Source of the DNA: Fusobacteriota bacterium | Lineage (GTDB): Bacteria; Fusobacteriota; Fusobacteriia; JAPLKR01 | Assembly (NCBI GenBank): GCA_026387965.1 | Contig: JAPLKR010000103.1 | Location: forward strand, 529-64,528 | Direction of reading: 5' to 3' | Length of the DNA: 64,000 nt | In this document: positions 26,665-38,332 of the stretch, one piece after another | How the letters are laid out: each line of letters begins with the position of its first letter | How positions within the stretch are numbered: the stretch's first letter is position 1 | Position numbers and translations under genes: made by a program | Notes under the pieces: generated by a model | The model's database searches: none | What the model saw: the letters and a program-made list of their open reading frames with translations, nothing else | Told to the model about the DNA's origin: nothing

Positions 26665-27687
26665 CTATTGAAATTTTGCAGATAACCCTTGCAAAATCAC
26701 AGCTAAGACTAAAACTGAAATCGCAATACATATTAGAAACCTTGCTTTTTTACTAGCCCCATGCCACTCGCCAAATTTAAACCCCCAAAAATTAGAAGTT
26801 AATACAATAAATACCATAAATATTGGATACGCAATTATCGGCCCTACACTTCCAATGAGTCCCGCAGCAAATCCATATAATATTAAACATTCAAAAAATA
26901 GTATTGCCATAATTATAATAAGCAGTTGTGAAATAATATGTCCTTTTAAACCACTTTTGCATACAGTCACAGCTTTCTTCCTTCTAGCAGCAATTCCAAA
27001 ATAAATAACATTAGGAAATAACCCACCCAAAAAGATCCAAATCCAAGGTAGATTGCTTCTAACAAGGACAGAGACGTGTTGTAGATGCGGTGAATTTAAA
27101 AATCCACTTGTGGAATAGGCAAAGACGTATCCTTGTGTCATCGAACCAATTCCCGCTAAAATAGCGCACATTATGCCTATTTTTGAGTGATTTTTGCCAC
27201 TACTACTGTTTTTATTTGCGTCACGTTCTTTTGCTGCAAGGGCAGCAAATATTATTCCAATAATAAATATGCCCACTCCAAGAATGATAATATGTCCAAA
27301 CATAGTATTTAGTTTACTTCTATGCATAAAAAGTAGGGGTAGTATTGAACCCCCGGCCGTTCCCATTCCGATATTAATAGCATAGGTCACAGAGAGTCCT
27401 ACATATCTAAAACCAAGGAGACAAAAAATCATCCCAACACCCCATACCGCGCCACCTACAAATGCAGCCACGATATAAGACGGGCTTACCTCAAATAGAG
27501 CATGAATAAAGTGCGGATAGAGTATCCATAGTGTCACAAAAGGAACAACTAAATAAGCCCAAATTGAAACATAGAACCACATTCTATCCTCTCCAAGAGT
27601 TTTAATAAATTTTCCTGGAATGGCAAATGTCCCATTGAGCATGCCCCCTATAATAACCATTATAATTGCTACGCCTAGTATCTCCAT
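26665..27687 (-). CDS. RhaT-family sugar:H+ symporter (L-rhamnose-proton symporter family, DMT superfamily).
   Basis: 10-TM protein. GGAVWGVGMIFCLLGFRYVGLSVTYAINIGMG matches the E. coli RhaT block [30 protein letters not shown]. ...GEWHGASKKAR matches KEWNNAGRRP. Confidence 0.6.
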   Translation of the reverse strand: MEILGVAIIMVIIGGMLNGTFAIPGKFIKTLGEDRMWFYVSIWAYLVVPFVTLWILYPHFIHALFEVSPSYIVAAFVGGAVWGVGMIFCLLGFRYVGLSVTYAINIGMGTAGGSILPLLFMHRSKLNTMFGHIIILGVGIFIIGIIFAALAAKERDANKNSSSGKNHSKIGIMCAILAGIGSMTQGYVFAYSTSGFLNSPHLQHVSVLVRSNLPWIWIFLGGLFPNVIYFGIAARRKKAVTVCKSGLKGHIISQLLIIIMAILFFECLILYGFAAGLIGSVGPIIAYPIFMVFIVLTSNFWGFKFGEWHGASKKARFLICIAISVLVLAVILQGLSAKFQ

Positions 27688-28557
27688 TTAATTTTCCTCT
27701 CTCTGATAAAGTTTACTTCCCATCTTGGCAATATAACTTGCACCAAAGATAGCTGTATCATATCCAAATTTTGACAGAATTAGCTTTGGAGGTGTTACTA
27801 ATTTTAGCCCACTTTTCATCATCTGTTCTGCTTTGTTAAGTAGCTTTTCACCACCACCTACAGAGATTCCACCACCAAAAACTATGACACTCGGTGAAAG
27901 AATAGTCACGATATTTCTTAGGCCCATGCCAAGATTATACCCAACTTCTTCCCACTCATCTACACTAAGCAGTTCAGCATTTTTTTGATATATTCGTTTA
28001 ATTCCATTACCTGAGACAAAACTTTCTAGACATCTTCCACCACCGCACTCGCACATGGCACGTTCAGGAAATTTGCAGCTAAAATCAATACATTGGTGAG
28101 CAATTTCAGGGTGTGAAACCCCTTCATATATTTTACCATTAATTAAAAATCCACCACCCATTCCGGTACTCAAAGTAATATAGAGAAAATATTTCTGTGT
28201 GTAACCACCTAAAACATATTCTGCTATGGCAGCAACATTGGTATCAACATCTACAAAAAAAGGTACAGAGAACTCTTGCTCCATAATTGCTTTTAACGGT
28301 ACATCTCTCCATGTCTTTTGATGAAGTGGAGAAACCACCCCAGATGCCCTGTCTAATGGCCCACCAATAGCAGCACCTATCCCGAGAATTTTACTGCCCT
28401 CTGCTACTTCACGAATCATTTCAAATAACAGATTTATTCCATCTTCTTGCCCATATGGTGTAGCCTCTTTTACTCTTTTTAACTCTCTACCCTCTTCAGA
28501 TACAGAGTGCACCATGAATTTAGTGCCTCCAATATCAAGTCCAATATAAATGCCCAT
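27688..28557 (-). CDS. ROK-family sugar kinase (glucokinase / N-acetylhexosamine kinase-like).
   Basis: MGIYIGLDIGGTKF ATP-binding start. ROK zinc motif CECGGGRCLESFVSG. Confidence 0.75.
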   Translation of the reverse strand: MGIYIGLDIGGTKFMVHSVSEEGRELKRVKEATPYGQEDGINLLFEMIREVAEGSKILGIGAAIGGPLDRASGVVSPLHQKTWRDVPLKAIMEQEFSVPFFVDVDTNVAAIAEYVLGGYTQKYFLYITLSTGMGGGFLINGKIYEGVSHPEIAHQCIDFSCKFPERAMCECGGGRCLESFVSGNGIKRIYQKNAELLSVDEWEEVGYNLGMGLRNIVTILSPSVIVFGGGISVGGGEKLLNKAEQMMKSGLKLVTPPKLILSKFGYDTAIFGASYIAKMGSKLYQREEN

Positions 28558-28567
28558 TTTTCACTCC

Positions 28568-29023
28568 CTATTGATATACCAATTTTCCTTGTTCTAATGT
28601 AGCTGTTTCTAAACTTCCATTTCGATAAATTTTAAACAACACACTTAACTTATGAAACCCTGCATACTGAACATAATCAATACTGCCTAAGCGGGTAAAC
28701 CTCTCCAGCTCTCCTTGAGTGATTCTGCCTATAATTATATCACCCTGAAAATTCCCTTCAGAATCAATATTGAGATGCTTCAAAATATGACCATAAGGGC
28801 CCACAACTTCGACATCAACTCTATTTGCGTTAGTTATTCCAGAAAATATATAGTGAACTTCTCCTGTGGGGAGATTAATACCAGGTGTATTTCCCTCTTG
28901 ATAAGCTGAAGTGGTTAAATTAAATGTCAAGCCATTAGTTGGCACTGTTCTAGTTGAGCTACAGCCTATAAAAACAAGAATCATCGTAACACTTAAAGCC
29001 GCTATAATAACTTTTAGCATCAT
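28568..29023 (-). CDS. Lipoprotein, hypothetical.
   Basis: Lipobox FIGCSS after a hydrophobic signal peptide. Confidence 0.45.
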   Translation of the reverse strand: MMLKVIIAALSVTMILVFIGCSSTRTVPTNGLTFNLTTSAYQEGNTPGINLPTGEVHYIFSGITNANRVDVEVVGPYGHILKHLNIDSEGNFQGDIIIGRITQGELERFTRLGSIDYVQYAGFHKLSVLFKIYRNGSLETATLEQGKLVYQ

Positions 29024-29025
29024 GT

Positions 29026-29481
29026 TTAGTTGCCTATAGTTTCTGCTAAACTAAAATCTAACACAGGACTATCAATCTTAGATAATTGAGATGTTCCATC
29101 TTTAAAATTCGAAATAACTTTCACAGAAGTGGAATAGTTTGGATTGATATTCATCATACTGAGCATAAAATAAGCTACAACAACATCTTGACTAAAACTT
29201 CCATTTACAACAATTATAGGTTTCTCAGTAATTAAGCCATTTCCTACTGTTGAAACCGCTAAGGTTGATGCCTCGGAGTTTCCAGCAATTTGAAGGTGTA
29301 CTGTATAAGAATAAAGAGTGCCATTGTAGTTTTGCTTAGTAACATACCAATTTTGTTTTGTTATTATTGTAGATGTATCGGCTATTTTGGTAGCGTTATT
29401 TCTACCTTGGTACATTGAACTACACCCTGCTAACCCAAGTATTACTAAAATTACCAAAATAATAAGTGTGAATTTTCTCAA
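29026..29481 (-). CDS. Lipoprotein, hypothetical.
   Basis: Lipobox LAGCSS after the signal peptide MRKFTLIILVILVILG. Confidence 0.45.
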   Translation of the reverse strand: MRKFTLIILVILVILGLAGCSSMYQGRNNATKIADTSTIITKQNWYVTKQNYNGTLYSYTVHLQIAGNSEASTLAVSTVGNGLITEKPIIVVNGSFSQDVVVAYFMLSMMNINPNYSTSVKVISNFKDGTSQLSKIDSPVLDFSLAETIGN

Positions 29482-29489
29482 TTAGCCTC

Positions 29490-30470
<981 letters not shown>

Positions 30471-30502
30471 TTAACAATAATTGGAAACTATTTCAATATA
30501 AA

Positions 30503-30530
30503 AATAAAGAGGCAGCTGCCTCTTTATTTT
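30503..30530. terminator. Bidirectional terminator downstream of the alcohol dehydrogenase gene.
   Basis: aaaaataAAGAGGCAGctGCCTCTTTattttt. Confidence 0.75.
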
Positions 30531-31613
30531 TATCGACAAAGTTCAAGAATATTTTTGATATCTACTCTTGAAATATTTTCTTTTTCCCCAATACACTTTG
30601 GAAAGAAATCTCCATGAGAATTCATTGTTTTTATGATGTGATCAAAATTTTCAGGATTAATACCATAATCACTTAAATGTGTTTTAACACCGAGGCTCTC
30701 AAAAAACTCTCTCGTTTTCTAACTTCTCACTTTTTTTATAATGAAGTAGACTTGGAAGTACTATAGCAAGCGTTTGACCATGATCAAGCCCATAAGCCGC
30801 AGTAAGTTCATGCCCTATCAAATGCGTAGCCCAATCTTGAGGCACGCCCACACCAATGAGTCCATTAAGTGCCATAGTAGCACTCCACATAAGATTTGCT
30901 CTTAAATCATAGTTTTCTAAATTTTCGAGAACTTTTGGGCCGTCAGATACAAGAATTGCTAAAATGCTTTCTGAAAATCTATCTTGAATTTGGGCATTTA
31001 CAGGAAAAGTCAAATACTGTTCTGTCGTATGAACAAATGCATCTACGATTCCATTTTTTACTTGTTTAATAGGAAGCGAGTACGTTACTTGAGGATCTAA
31101 AATTGAAAATTGAGGAAAAAGCAAAGGATGCCCCATAGAAAGCTTTTCTCCTGTCTCTTTTTTAGAGAGCACAAAACCAGAATTCATTTCACTACCAGTT
31201 GCTGGCAGTGTAAGAACTGTCCCAAGTTTTACAGCATCTTTAATAAATGCTTTCTTTATAATAAAATCCCAAGGATTGCCGTCATATTTTATTCCAGCAA
31301 TAATAAACTTACTTCCGTCAATAACACTTCCACCACCCACAGCGAGTACAAATTCAACTTGTTCTTTTTTCCCAAGTTCAATTGCTTTCATACATGTTTC
31401 ATAAGTTGGATTGGCTTCAATTCCTCCAAATTCAACAACACTACAGTGTGAAAGTGCTTCCATCACTTGTGTGTATACTCCATTTGACTTGATACTTCCT
31501 CCACCATAGGTCACCATTACTTTAGTTCCTGATTCAATTAAAGTTTTTAGTTTAGAAATCTCTCCTTTTCCAAAAACAATTCTTGTAGGGTTTTGATATT
31601 CAAAATTATACAT
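30530..31613 (-). CDS. Iron-containing (group III) alcohol dehydrogenase, interrupted by a 1-nt frameshift in an A6/T6 run at 30701..30706.
   Basis: N-terminal 304 aa (GGGSVID...) stop at TGA 30699. The true C-terminus (FESLGVKTHLSDYGINPENFDHIIKTMNSHGDFFPKCIG...) continues in the -1 frame to TAA 30530. Removing one T from GTTTTTTGA joins the frames into about 361 aa. Confidence 0.8.
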
Positions 31614-31663
31614 TCTTTCCTCCTAAATATTTAAAAAAATAAAAAGGGCATAAGCCCTTTTTA

Positions 31664-33109
31664 TTAGTTACTTGAACCGCTTGCTACCCCACCACCTGTA
31701 TCTCCTCCGCTTATTGGAAGTGATGCTTGAGGCATTGCTTTTTTATTGATTTTAACATACTTTGCCTCATTGGCAACAAACCATTGCTGAATTGCCTGAG
31801 CAGATTCTTGCTGCTGTAGCATTTGAACAATTTGAGCTTTTACTTGTGTAAAAGGTTGATTAATTTGAGATGAATACTGTTTATAAAAACTTTGCGCCTG
31901 AGCATCCGTTATTTGAATATTATTAACGATCTCTTTTTGTTGTGTTACCATAGCTAATGCTTGGCTTGAAATCATAGCGTAAATTTGCTTGTAATCTTTA
32001 GAGTTCTGTAAATTATCCTTCTTAGCAGAAGCAAGTAGTAATTTATTAAGCATTACTTGGCTAAATACTTGTTGTTTTGCTTGTGAATTCATCTGAGCAA
32101 TATATTGAACTGCAGCAGCTGGAGAAATAGCTTGTCCAGTTTGTTGCTGAGCCATAGTTGAAACGGCACTAATTAAATCTTGTCCTGTAATATTTTGTCC
32201 ATTAATTGTAGCAAATACAGTAGAAGACCCACTTGTAATAACAGCTGTTCCGCTAATAAATGCATTTACATTCGCTTGATTTTCACTTCCAAAGCGTTTA
32301 ATACTACTTGTTTGAAATGATTGCATTTGTTGAATAAATTTTTGTTGTTGTAACTGTTGTTTTAGCATTGGCGTAGCTTGTGTAAGTGACATTGCTTGAG
32401 CCGGAATAATTTGATTTACCTTTATAACACTCCAATCACCCATAAGCTGAACTGGTTTTGAATATACTCCTGGTGAAGTCATACTAAATATTGCTGCTTT
32501 ATAGGCACCTATAGCATTACTTTGCGAGTAAGTTCCAATGAGTCCACCTTTCTGTGCAGTTTGTGTATCTAATGACTGTGTTTTTGCAATCGCTGAAAAT
32601 GCATTATCTAAAACCGTTCCTGATTTGCCTTGAAGTTGAGAGATAATTGCTTGAGCTTGAGCTTTTGTTTTTACAACAATATGTGAAACTACTGCTTGTT
32701 GCGGCACGCTAAGTTGTGACTTTTGCGCATTATAGGCACTACTAACATCTTGATCTGTAACTTTTGCAGCGTTGGTAATATATTTTTGCATAGCTACTTG
32801 TGAAAGGATTTGATTTTGCTGACTTGTCATCATTGTTTGATAATCTGATGACTTTTCATAACCTTTTTGCATACCAACATAATCTAATAATTTGATATAA
32901 ATCAAATTATTAATTACTGCTAGTTTTTGATCTGCACTAATATTAGATGGTGCACCAATTTGTACTAAATACTGATTCACATCTGCATCAGTCACTTTGT
33001 ATTTCCCGCCAATCACTGCATAAGTCGCGCCTTGTTTTTGACATCCAGTAACAACAAATGCTATAACAATCACTATAATTGCAATAAGTGTAATATATCT
33101 TTTTTTCAC
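31664..33109 (-). CDS. SurA/PrsA-like lipoprotein parvulin-type peptidyl-prolyl isomerase (Gln-rich chaperone).
   Basis: Lipobox VVTGC. PpiC domain ...VSHIVVKTKAQAQ...GGLIGTYSQ...GDWSVIKV. Confidence 0.65.
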   Translation of the reverse strand: MKKRYITLIAIIVIVIAFVVTGCQKQGATYAVIGGKYKVTDADVNQYLVQIGAPSNISADQKLAVINNLIYIKLLDYVGMQKGYEKSSDYQTMMTSQQNQILSQVAMQKYITNAAKVTDQDVSSAYNAQKSQLSVPQQAVVSHIVVKTKAQAQAIISQLQGKSGTVLDNAFSAIAKTQSLDTQTAQKGGLIGTYSQSNAIGAYKAAIFSMTSPGVYSKPVQLMGDWSVIKVNQIIPAQAMSLTQATPMLKQQLQQQKFIQQMQSFQTSSIKRFGSENQANVNAFISGTAVITSGSSTVFATINGQNITGQDLISAVSTMAQQQTGQAISPAAAVQYIAQMNSQAKQQVFSQVMLNKLLLASAKKDNLQNSKDYKQIYAMISSQALAMVTQQKEIVNNIQITDAQAQSFYKQYSSQINQPFTQVKAQIVQMLQQQESAQAIQQWFVANEAKYVKINKKAMPQASLPISGGDTGGGVASGSSN

Positions 33110-33203
33110 TTCATTCCTCCTAGTTTATTTAATAGTTAATCTATTCGTACTAAAAATATATCAAAAATCTGTGAACGTAGCGTGATTTAGAATTGCATTG
33201 TTT

Positions 33204-35933
33204 CTATGTAAATAGATTTTCAATATCTTTAACGGTCAATTTTTTGAAAATGTTACTATTATCATCGATAAGTGACTTAAAGAGTTTGCTTTTTCTTTCT
33301 TGTATCTCTAAAATTTTTTCTTCAATTGTATCACTTGTGATCAACTTATAAACATTAAGATTTTTAGTTTGTCCCATACGATAAGCTCTATCGGTCGCTT
33401 GTTTTTCAACCATAGGATTCCACCAAGGATCAACATGAATTACGGTATCTGCAGCAGTTAAATTAAGACCTTCCCCACCCGCTTTTAAACTAATAAAAAA
33501 AATTTTAATATCTGTATTGTTATTAAATTTATCTATAATGTCTTTTCTGTTTTTGGTCTCACCCGTTAGCATGGTATAGGGGATTTGTTTAGCAATGGCA
33601 ATTTTTTCCAATACTTTGAGCATTTTTACAAATTGACTAAAAACAATTACTTTATGATCGCCTCTTACAATATCATCTAATAGTGCTTCAAATACTTCAA
33701 CTTTTCCACTTGTTGTATCCATGTGCCCAATTAATTCAGGATGATCACAAATTTCACGCAAATAAGTAATAGCAGAAAAAATAGTAAAGAAAGATCTCTT
33801 TATACCATGTTCTTTAATTCGTTCAATAACTTGCTTACGTTTCTTTGCAAGAAGTTCGTCATATATTTCTCTTTGTCTTTCGTGAAGCTCTATTTTATAA
33901 ACTCTTTCAATTTTTTCTGGAAGCTCCTTAAGCACTTGCTCTTTCGTTCGTCTAAGAATAAAAGGACGCGTTTTAAATTGCAACTGCTCAACACATGTTT
34001 CTCCAGAATACTTCTCAAAATCTCCAAGATATCCTGGCATTAAGAATTCAAATATTGACCAGAGATTTTTAATAGAATTTTCAACAGGTGTTCCTGAAAG
34101 CGCTAATCTAAATTTTGAAGGAATCTCCTTTACACCTTTCCATACCATCGTATTATCATTCTTGATATGTTGTGCTTCATCTAAAATTATCGTGTGAAAT
34201 TTATAAGTTTTAAGATCTTCCAAGTCCTTTTTCATAATTCCATAGGAAGTGATAATAAATTTTTTAGAAAGTAACTTCTTAGAAAGTTCAACTCGTTTTT
34301 TCTTATTTCCATCATAAATTAAAAAATTCGTAGTTTTCAAAAATTTTTTCAACTCAATTTCCCAGTTGTATAAAACAGATTTTGGCGCAATAATTAAAAA
34401 TTTAGTGTCATTTTCTTTTACTGAACTTAAGTAAACCAAAGTCTGAATGGTTTTTCCAAGACCCATGTCATCCGCTAATATTCCCGAAAATCCAAATGAT
34501 TGCATGAAGTTTAGCCACTCCACCCCTTCTTTTTGATAATTCCTTAAAAGTTTCGAATATTTTACTGGAATTTCAAGAGGGTTCACATGATTTTTTAATT
34601 CAATGTTATTATATTTCCTATACTCTTCCATTTTACACAAAATATCTTCTTTAGTTCTATTTTGAAGCTCTTCAACTTCAGAAAGAATTTCTATATTTTT
34701 AATATAATAGATTTCACTGCCACGTCTCAAAATACCTGAACGCTTAATTCTTCTTACATCTTTATCATTCAATTTGAATCTATTTATTCTATAGGTTATT
34801 TTAAGATTAGAACCTGCTTCAGCAAGCTCTGCAGCAATTTCTCCTTTAATATTATGATCTTTTATACCAATTTTTTCCCAGGTTCTTGGAATTATTGAAT
34901 AATCAACGAGCCAAAAGTTACCTTTGCATAGAAAACCTAATTCTTTATACTCTAAATTTTTTGATTTTAAAAAATTAAAAAACCTTTTGTACTCTTTAAT
35001 ATTTATACGTGCCCATTTATGTGAATTGATTTTATTATAGCCCGTGTTAAGCATCAGAAGTTCGAATTCACTATAAAGTTTGCCATCAATCTCCATCTGA
35101 GGGATGAGATACATTTTACGTGATATCTCTTTAAATCTCAAGATACAATGTGTTTTAATCGTCTCTAACTCATATTTACTAAACTTATCGCTTATCTCAA
35201 TTGTATCATCAAACTTATACTCCACCATACGTTCAAATAAGAACTCAGGCGTAAGTTCTTCTCCATTTTCTGAAAGTAAATGCTGATTTCTTACATAGAT
35301 AACCCCTGGAGATTTATTCTTACCAATCTCTTTTACAACTAGCTTGTTTTGCTTGTCCATATCTAAAGAATATCTGACTTTTTGAACTTCCGGACGATTT
35401 CCAATTTCAATAATGTCATCTAAAAATTTCAATATTTTTTCGTCTAACTCAAAATTGCCTTTTTCAACGATATAATAAAAGAGTTGTCGTTCGCTACTAT
35501 TCATTTTATCTAAATGCAGTGCAAAACTACTTTCATATTTTGCCCGTCCTGCAATCCATTCCAAAAGTTTTATTTCATAATTTACAACTAAACTTTTTTC
35601 TAAAATTGAATATTCATACCCAACAGTTTTAAGTTTTTTTGTTCTATTTTTAATATCATTTCTTTCAATAAACCTTGAAATCACTGGAAGTGTATGTCTA
35701 CATAGACTATATTGGTAGCATGAACATGTCCCGTTTGAAAGATATTCTCTATCTTTATTAATAAACATTTGAACATTATAAACTTCGCCTCTTTCCATAA
35801 CTTCAGCCTCAATACAACTCACAGCATCACTTTCGGAATGCTCGCTATAATTAATAATTGACCCTTTTAACTTTTTTCCTTCTTCAATTTCTTGTTTCTG
35901 AGCTATTAAGTTTAAAAAACTCTCAATTAGCAC
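33204..35933 (-). CDS. SNF2-family helicase with an N-terminal SWIM zinc finger (YwqA/RapA-like).
   Basis: SWIM motif CSCYQYSLCRHTLPV. SNF2_N motif ILADDMGLGKTIQ. DEAQHIKN (DExH box). Helicase C motif ...GGEGLNLTAADTVIH...QATDRAYRMGQ. Confidence 0.85.
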   Translation of the reverse strand: MLIESFLNLIAQKQEIEEGKKLKGSIINYSEHSESDAVSCIEAEVMERGEVYNVQMFINKDREYLSNGTCSCYQYSLCRHTLPVISRFIERNDIKNRTKKLKTVGYEYSILEKSLVVNYEIKLLEWIAGRAKYESSFALHLDKMNSSERQLFYYIVEKGNFELDEKILKFLDDIIEIGNRPEVQKVRYSLDMDKQNKLVVKEIGKNKSPGVIYVRNQHLLSENGEELTPEFLFERMVEYKFDDTIEISDKFSKYELETIKTHCILRFKEISRKMYLIPQMEIDGKLYSEFELLMLNTGYNKINSHKWARINIKEYKRFFNFLKSKNLEYKELGFLCKGNFWLVDYSIIPRTWEKIGIKDHNIKGEIAAELAEAGSNLKITYRINRFKLNDKDVRRIKRSGILRRGSEIYYIKNIEILSEVEELQNRTKEDILCKMEEYRKYNNIELKNHVNPLEIPVKYSKLLRNYQKEGVEWLNFMQSFGFSGILADDMGLGKTIQTLVYLSSVKENDTKFLIIAPKSVLYNWEIELKKFLKTTNFLIYDGNKKKRVELSKKLLSKKFIITSYGIMKKDLEDLKTYKFHTIILDEAQHIKNDNTMVWKGVKEIPSKFRLALSGTPVENSIKNLWSIFEFLMPGYLGDFEKYSGETCVEQLQFKTRPFILRRTKEQVLKELPEKIERVYKIELHERQREIYDELLAKKRKQVIERIKEHGIKRSFFTIFSAITYLREICDHPELIGHMDTTSGKVEVFEALLDDIVRGDHKVIVFSQFVKMLKVLEKIAIAKQIPYTMLTGETKNRKDIIDKFNNNTDIKIFFISLKAGGEGLNLTAADTVIHVDPWWNPMVEKQATDRAYRMGQTKNLNVYKLITSDTIEEKILEIQERKSKLFKSLIDDNSNIFKKLTVKDIENLFT

Positions 35934-36063
35934 ATTTCCCCCTAACTTATTCAGATACTAAGTATACGAATACTATCAAATTGATTAAAAACAGTTAACC
36001 TTATTATAATTATATCATATTTACTTTTCTTTCGCAACACAAAAAAAAGAGAATAAATAAAAA

Positions 36064-36933
36064 TTATTCTCCCATTATGATATTTACAAATGTTTCTTTT
36101 ATGCTCTCTATTTCAAATTTAAAATTCAATGGCTTGATTTCTATATAATACGAACCTAAATACATCTTCTTGCCAAATTTAATCCCATATTTATAGTCAC
36201 CTATAATAGGTAACTTTTCGCTTGCTAAGTGTACTCTGATTTGGTGTTTTCTTCCTGTAAATAACTCTAACTCTACCAGATTTATATCGCTCCTACTTAA
36301 CAAACATTTCACCCCTGTTTTAGACACTTTTCCCTCTTTTGAAACTATTACATTTTCGTCACATGTCAACAATGCTTTATCAATAAAAAATTCATTTTTC
36401 TTGATACTTCCCTTACATATAGCCAAATATTTCTTTGTGATTTCCGAGTTTTTTTGATACTGTGAAAGCATACGTATAGAACTTTTATTTTTTCCTATTA
36501 ATACTAACCCCCAAGTAGGCTTATCTAACCGATTGATTGCAGTCAAATCTGGGTTATTATAATATTGTTTTAATATTTCTACAAGACCCACTTCATGTTC
36601 ACTTCCCGTGTGAATCACCTGATTCCCATTTTTATTAAAAAGCAAGAAATCATCGTTTTCAAAAACAATTTGTTTTGATAATTCAATGCAAGCTTCTTTA
36701 GATACAACTACCTCTGCATTTTTTTTCTCAACTGTTCCTACTAAATCATAAAAGACAACATTATCTCCAAGCTGTAAACGATAAGATTGATCAACTTTTT
36801 TCGAATTAACCTTTATCTTTCCCTTTCTAAAACTCGAAAAGACATAAGAGAGCGAAAAACCCTTCATTAATTGACGCGCTACCCTATCAATTCTAACATT
36901 TTCATACTCTTTACTTACCTCTAAAACAAGCAT
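36064..36933 (-). CDS. RluA-family pseudouridine synthase (RluD/RluC-like, with S4 domain).
   Basis: ...HRLDKPTWGLVLIGKN...ITKKYLAICKG... RluA catalytic region. S4-like N-terminus. Confidence 0.65.
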   Translation of the reverse strand: MLVLEVSKEYENVRIDRVARQLMKGFSLSYVFSSFRKGKIKVNSKKVDQSYRLQLGDNVVFYDLVGTVEKKNAEVVVSKEACIELSKQIVFENDDFLLFNKNGNQVIHTGSEHEVGLVEILKQYYNNPDLTAINRLDKPTWGLVLIGKNKSSIRMLSQYQKNSEITKKYLAICKGSIKKNEFFIDKALLTCDENVIVSKEGKVSKTGVKCLLSRSDINLVELELFTGRKHQIRVHLASEKLPIIGDYKYGIKFGKKMYLGSYYIEIKPLNFKFEIESIKETFVNIIMGE

Positions 36934-38054
36934 TATTTACCTGCATTTCTAGAAATAATATTTTGTGAAATCCCTATAAGCATGAAAAAAAGTATAAAGG
37001 AAGTTCCACCGTAGCTCATCAATATTAAGGGTACCCCTACAGCAGGTATAATTCCTATAACCATGCCAATATTAATAAACGTATGACAAAATATTATCAC
37101 AGCTGCACCGTAGATAAAAAGTCTTCCAAAAACATCATCAACCTGTCTAGCATAGCTTAAAAGACGCACTATAATATAAAGATAAACTAAAATCAGAACC
37201 GTAGAACCAATAAAACCAATTTCTTCTGCTATAACACCAAAAATGAAATCCGTATGAGATTCCGGTAGAAAATTCAGTTGATTTTGTGTTCCATGAAAAA
37301 TTCCTTGTCCAAAAAGCCCTCCAGAACCTACAGCAATTTTAGCTTGAATAACATTCCATCCTGCACCCTGAGAATACTTATCTGGATCAAGAAATACCAA
37401 TAACCTTGCTTTTTGAAAAGGTTTTAAAAAATGAAAAAAACCCGGAACCATTGCAAGTATGACAACAAAAAGGCATAATAATTTTTTTATATTCACTTCA
37501 TATGCAAAAATTATAAAACAATACAAAAATAGAACAATAAGGGCTGTCCCTAGATCCGGTTGTTTTAAAATAAGTATAAATGCAGGAAATACATGCAAAA
37601 ATGTTCTTCCTATATCTCTAAACCCTTTTATTCCTTTTGGATAATTCTTAGCAATTAAAGTAATTAAGGTAATTAATATTAGAATTTTAGCGAATTCCGA
37701 CGGTTGAATTTGTATTCCTCCAACAGAAATCCATCTTTGGGCACCTTTCGCACTCTTTCCAATGGCGTAAACACTTCCAAGCATCAATATATTAAAAATA
37801 TAGAGTGGCCACGCAATTCGAGCATACCATCGATAGTCTAGTGTAGAAAAAATAAAAAATGTAATGTACCCAACTATAAGCCAAAAAATTTCTTTTTTTA
37901 GATAATAAAATCCATCCGCTTTATATGTTGCACTGTATACAAATAACAAACTAAATATTGAGAGGATGATGACTGCCCTCATCATCCCCTTGTCAAAAAA
38001 TCTTTTTCTGTAAAAAAATTCTATTTTAAACCATTTTAAATATGAACTAATCAT
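36933..38054 (-). CDS. SEDS-family peptidoglycan polymerase (RodA/FtsW).
   Basis: 10-TM protein. ...PDLGTALIV..., ...SHTDFIFGVIAEEIGFIGS..., ...GGTSFI.... Position after minE suggests RodA. Confidence 0.75.
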   Translation of the reverse strand: MISSYLKWFKIEFFYRKRFFDKGMMRAVIILSIFSLLFVYSATYKADGFYYLKKEIFWLIVGYITFFIFSTLDYRWYARIAWPLYIFNILMLGSVYAIGKSAKGAQRWISVGGIQIQPSEFAKILILITLITLIAKNYPKGIKGFRDIGRTFLHVFPAFILILKQPDLGTALIVLFLYCFIIFAYEVNIKKLLCLFVVILAMVPGFFHFLKPFQKARLLVFLDPDKYSQGAGWNVIQAKIAVGSGGLFGQGIFHGTQNQLNFLPESHTDFIFGVIAEEIGFIGSTVLILVYLYIIVRLLSYARQVDDVFGRLFIYGAAVIIFCHTFINIGMVIGIIPAVGVPLILMSYGGTSFILFFMLIGISQNIISRNAGK

Positions 38055-38319
38055 TACATCCTCTTTTTTTCACTTCTTTAACTGGTATACTTACTGAAAT
38101 TCCCATTGTGTTATTTTCTTGACCCACATTAATCTCCATGCCGCCTTCATCAATTTCAAGATATTTTTTAAATACAGAAATAATATCTTTCTTTAGCTCT
38201 TCTAAAACTTGTGGCGAGATATTGGATTTTTGCTGCATTATTACAATTTTCAGCCTATTTTTAGCAATATCTTTACTTTTTGCTTCATTTCTAAAAAGAC
38301 TTTTGATTAAATCTAACAT
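38047..38319 (-). CDS. minE: Cell division topological specificity factor MinE.
   Basis: MLDLIKSLFRNEAKSKDIAKNRLKIVIMQQ... 90 aa, directly downstream of minD. Confidence 0.8.
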   Translation of the reverse strand: MLDLIKSLFRNEAKSKDIAKNRLKIVIMQQKSNISPQVLEELKKDIISVFKKYLEIDEGGMEINVGQENNTMGISVSIPVKEVKKRGCND

Positions 38320-38332
38320 AGCTCCCCCTCGC

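Noticed and set aside
33204-35933. SNF2 helicase as part of a defence system (DISARM/BREX-like).
   Set aside because: It has the SWIM finger and architecture of the widespread housekeeping YwqA/RapA-like proteins. It is flanked by SurA-like and rluA genes, with no methyltransferase, PLD or other defence partners nearby.
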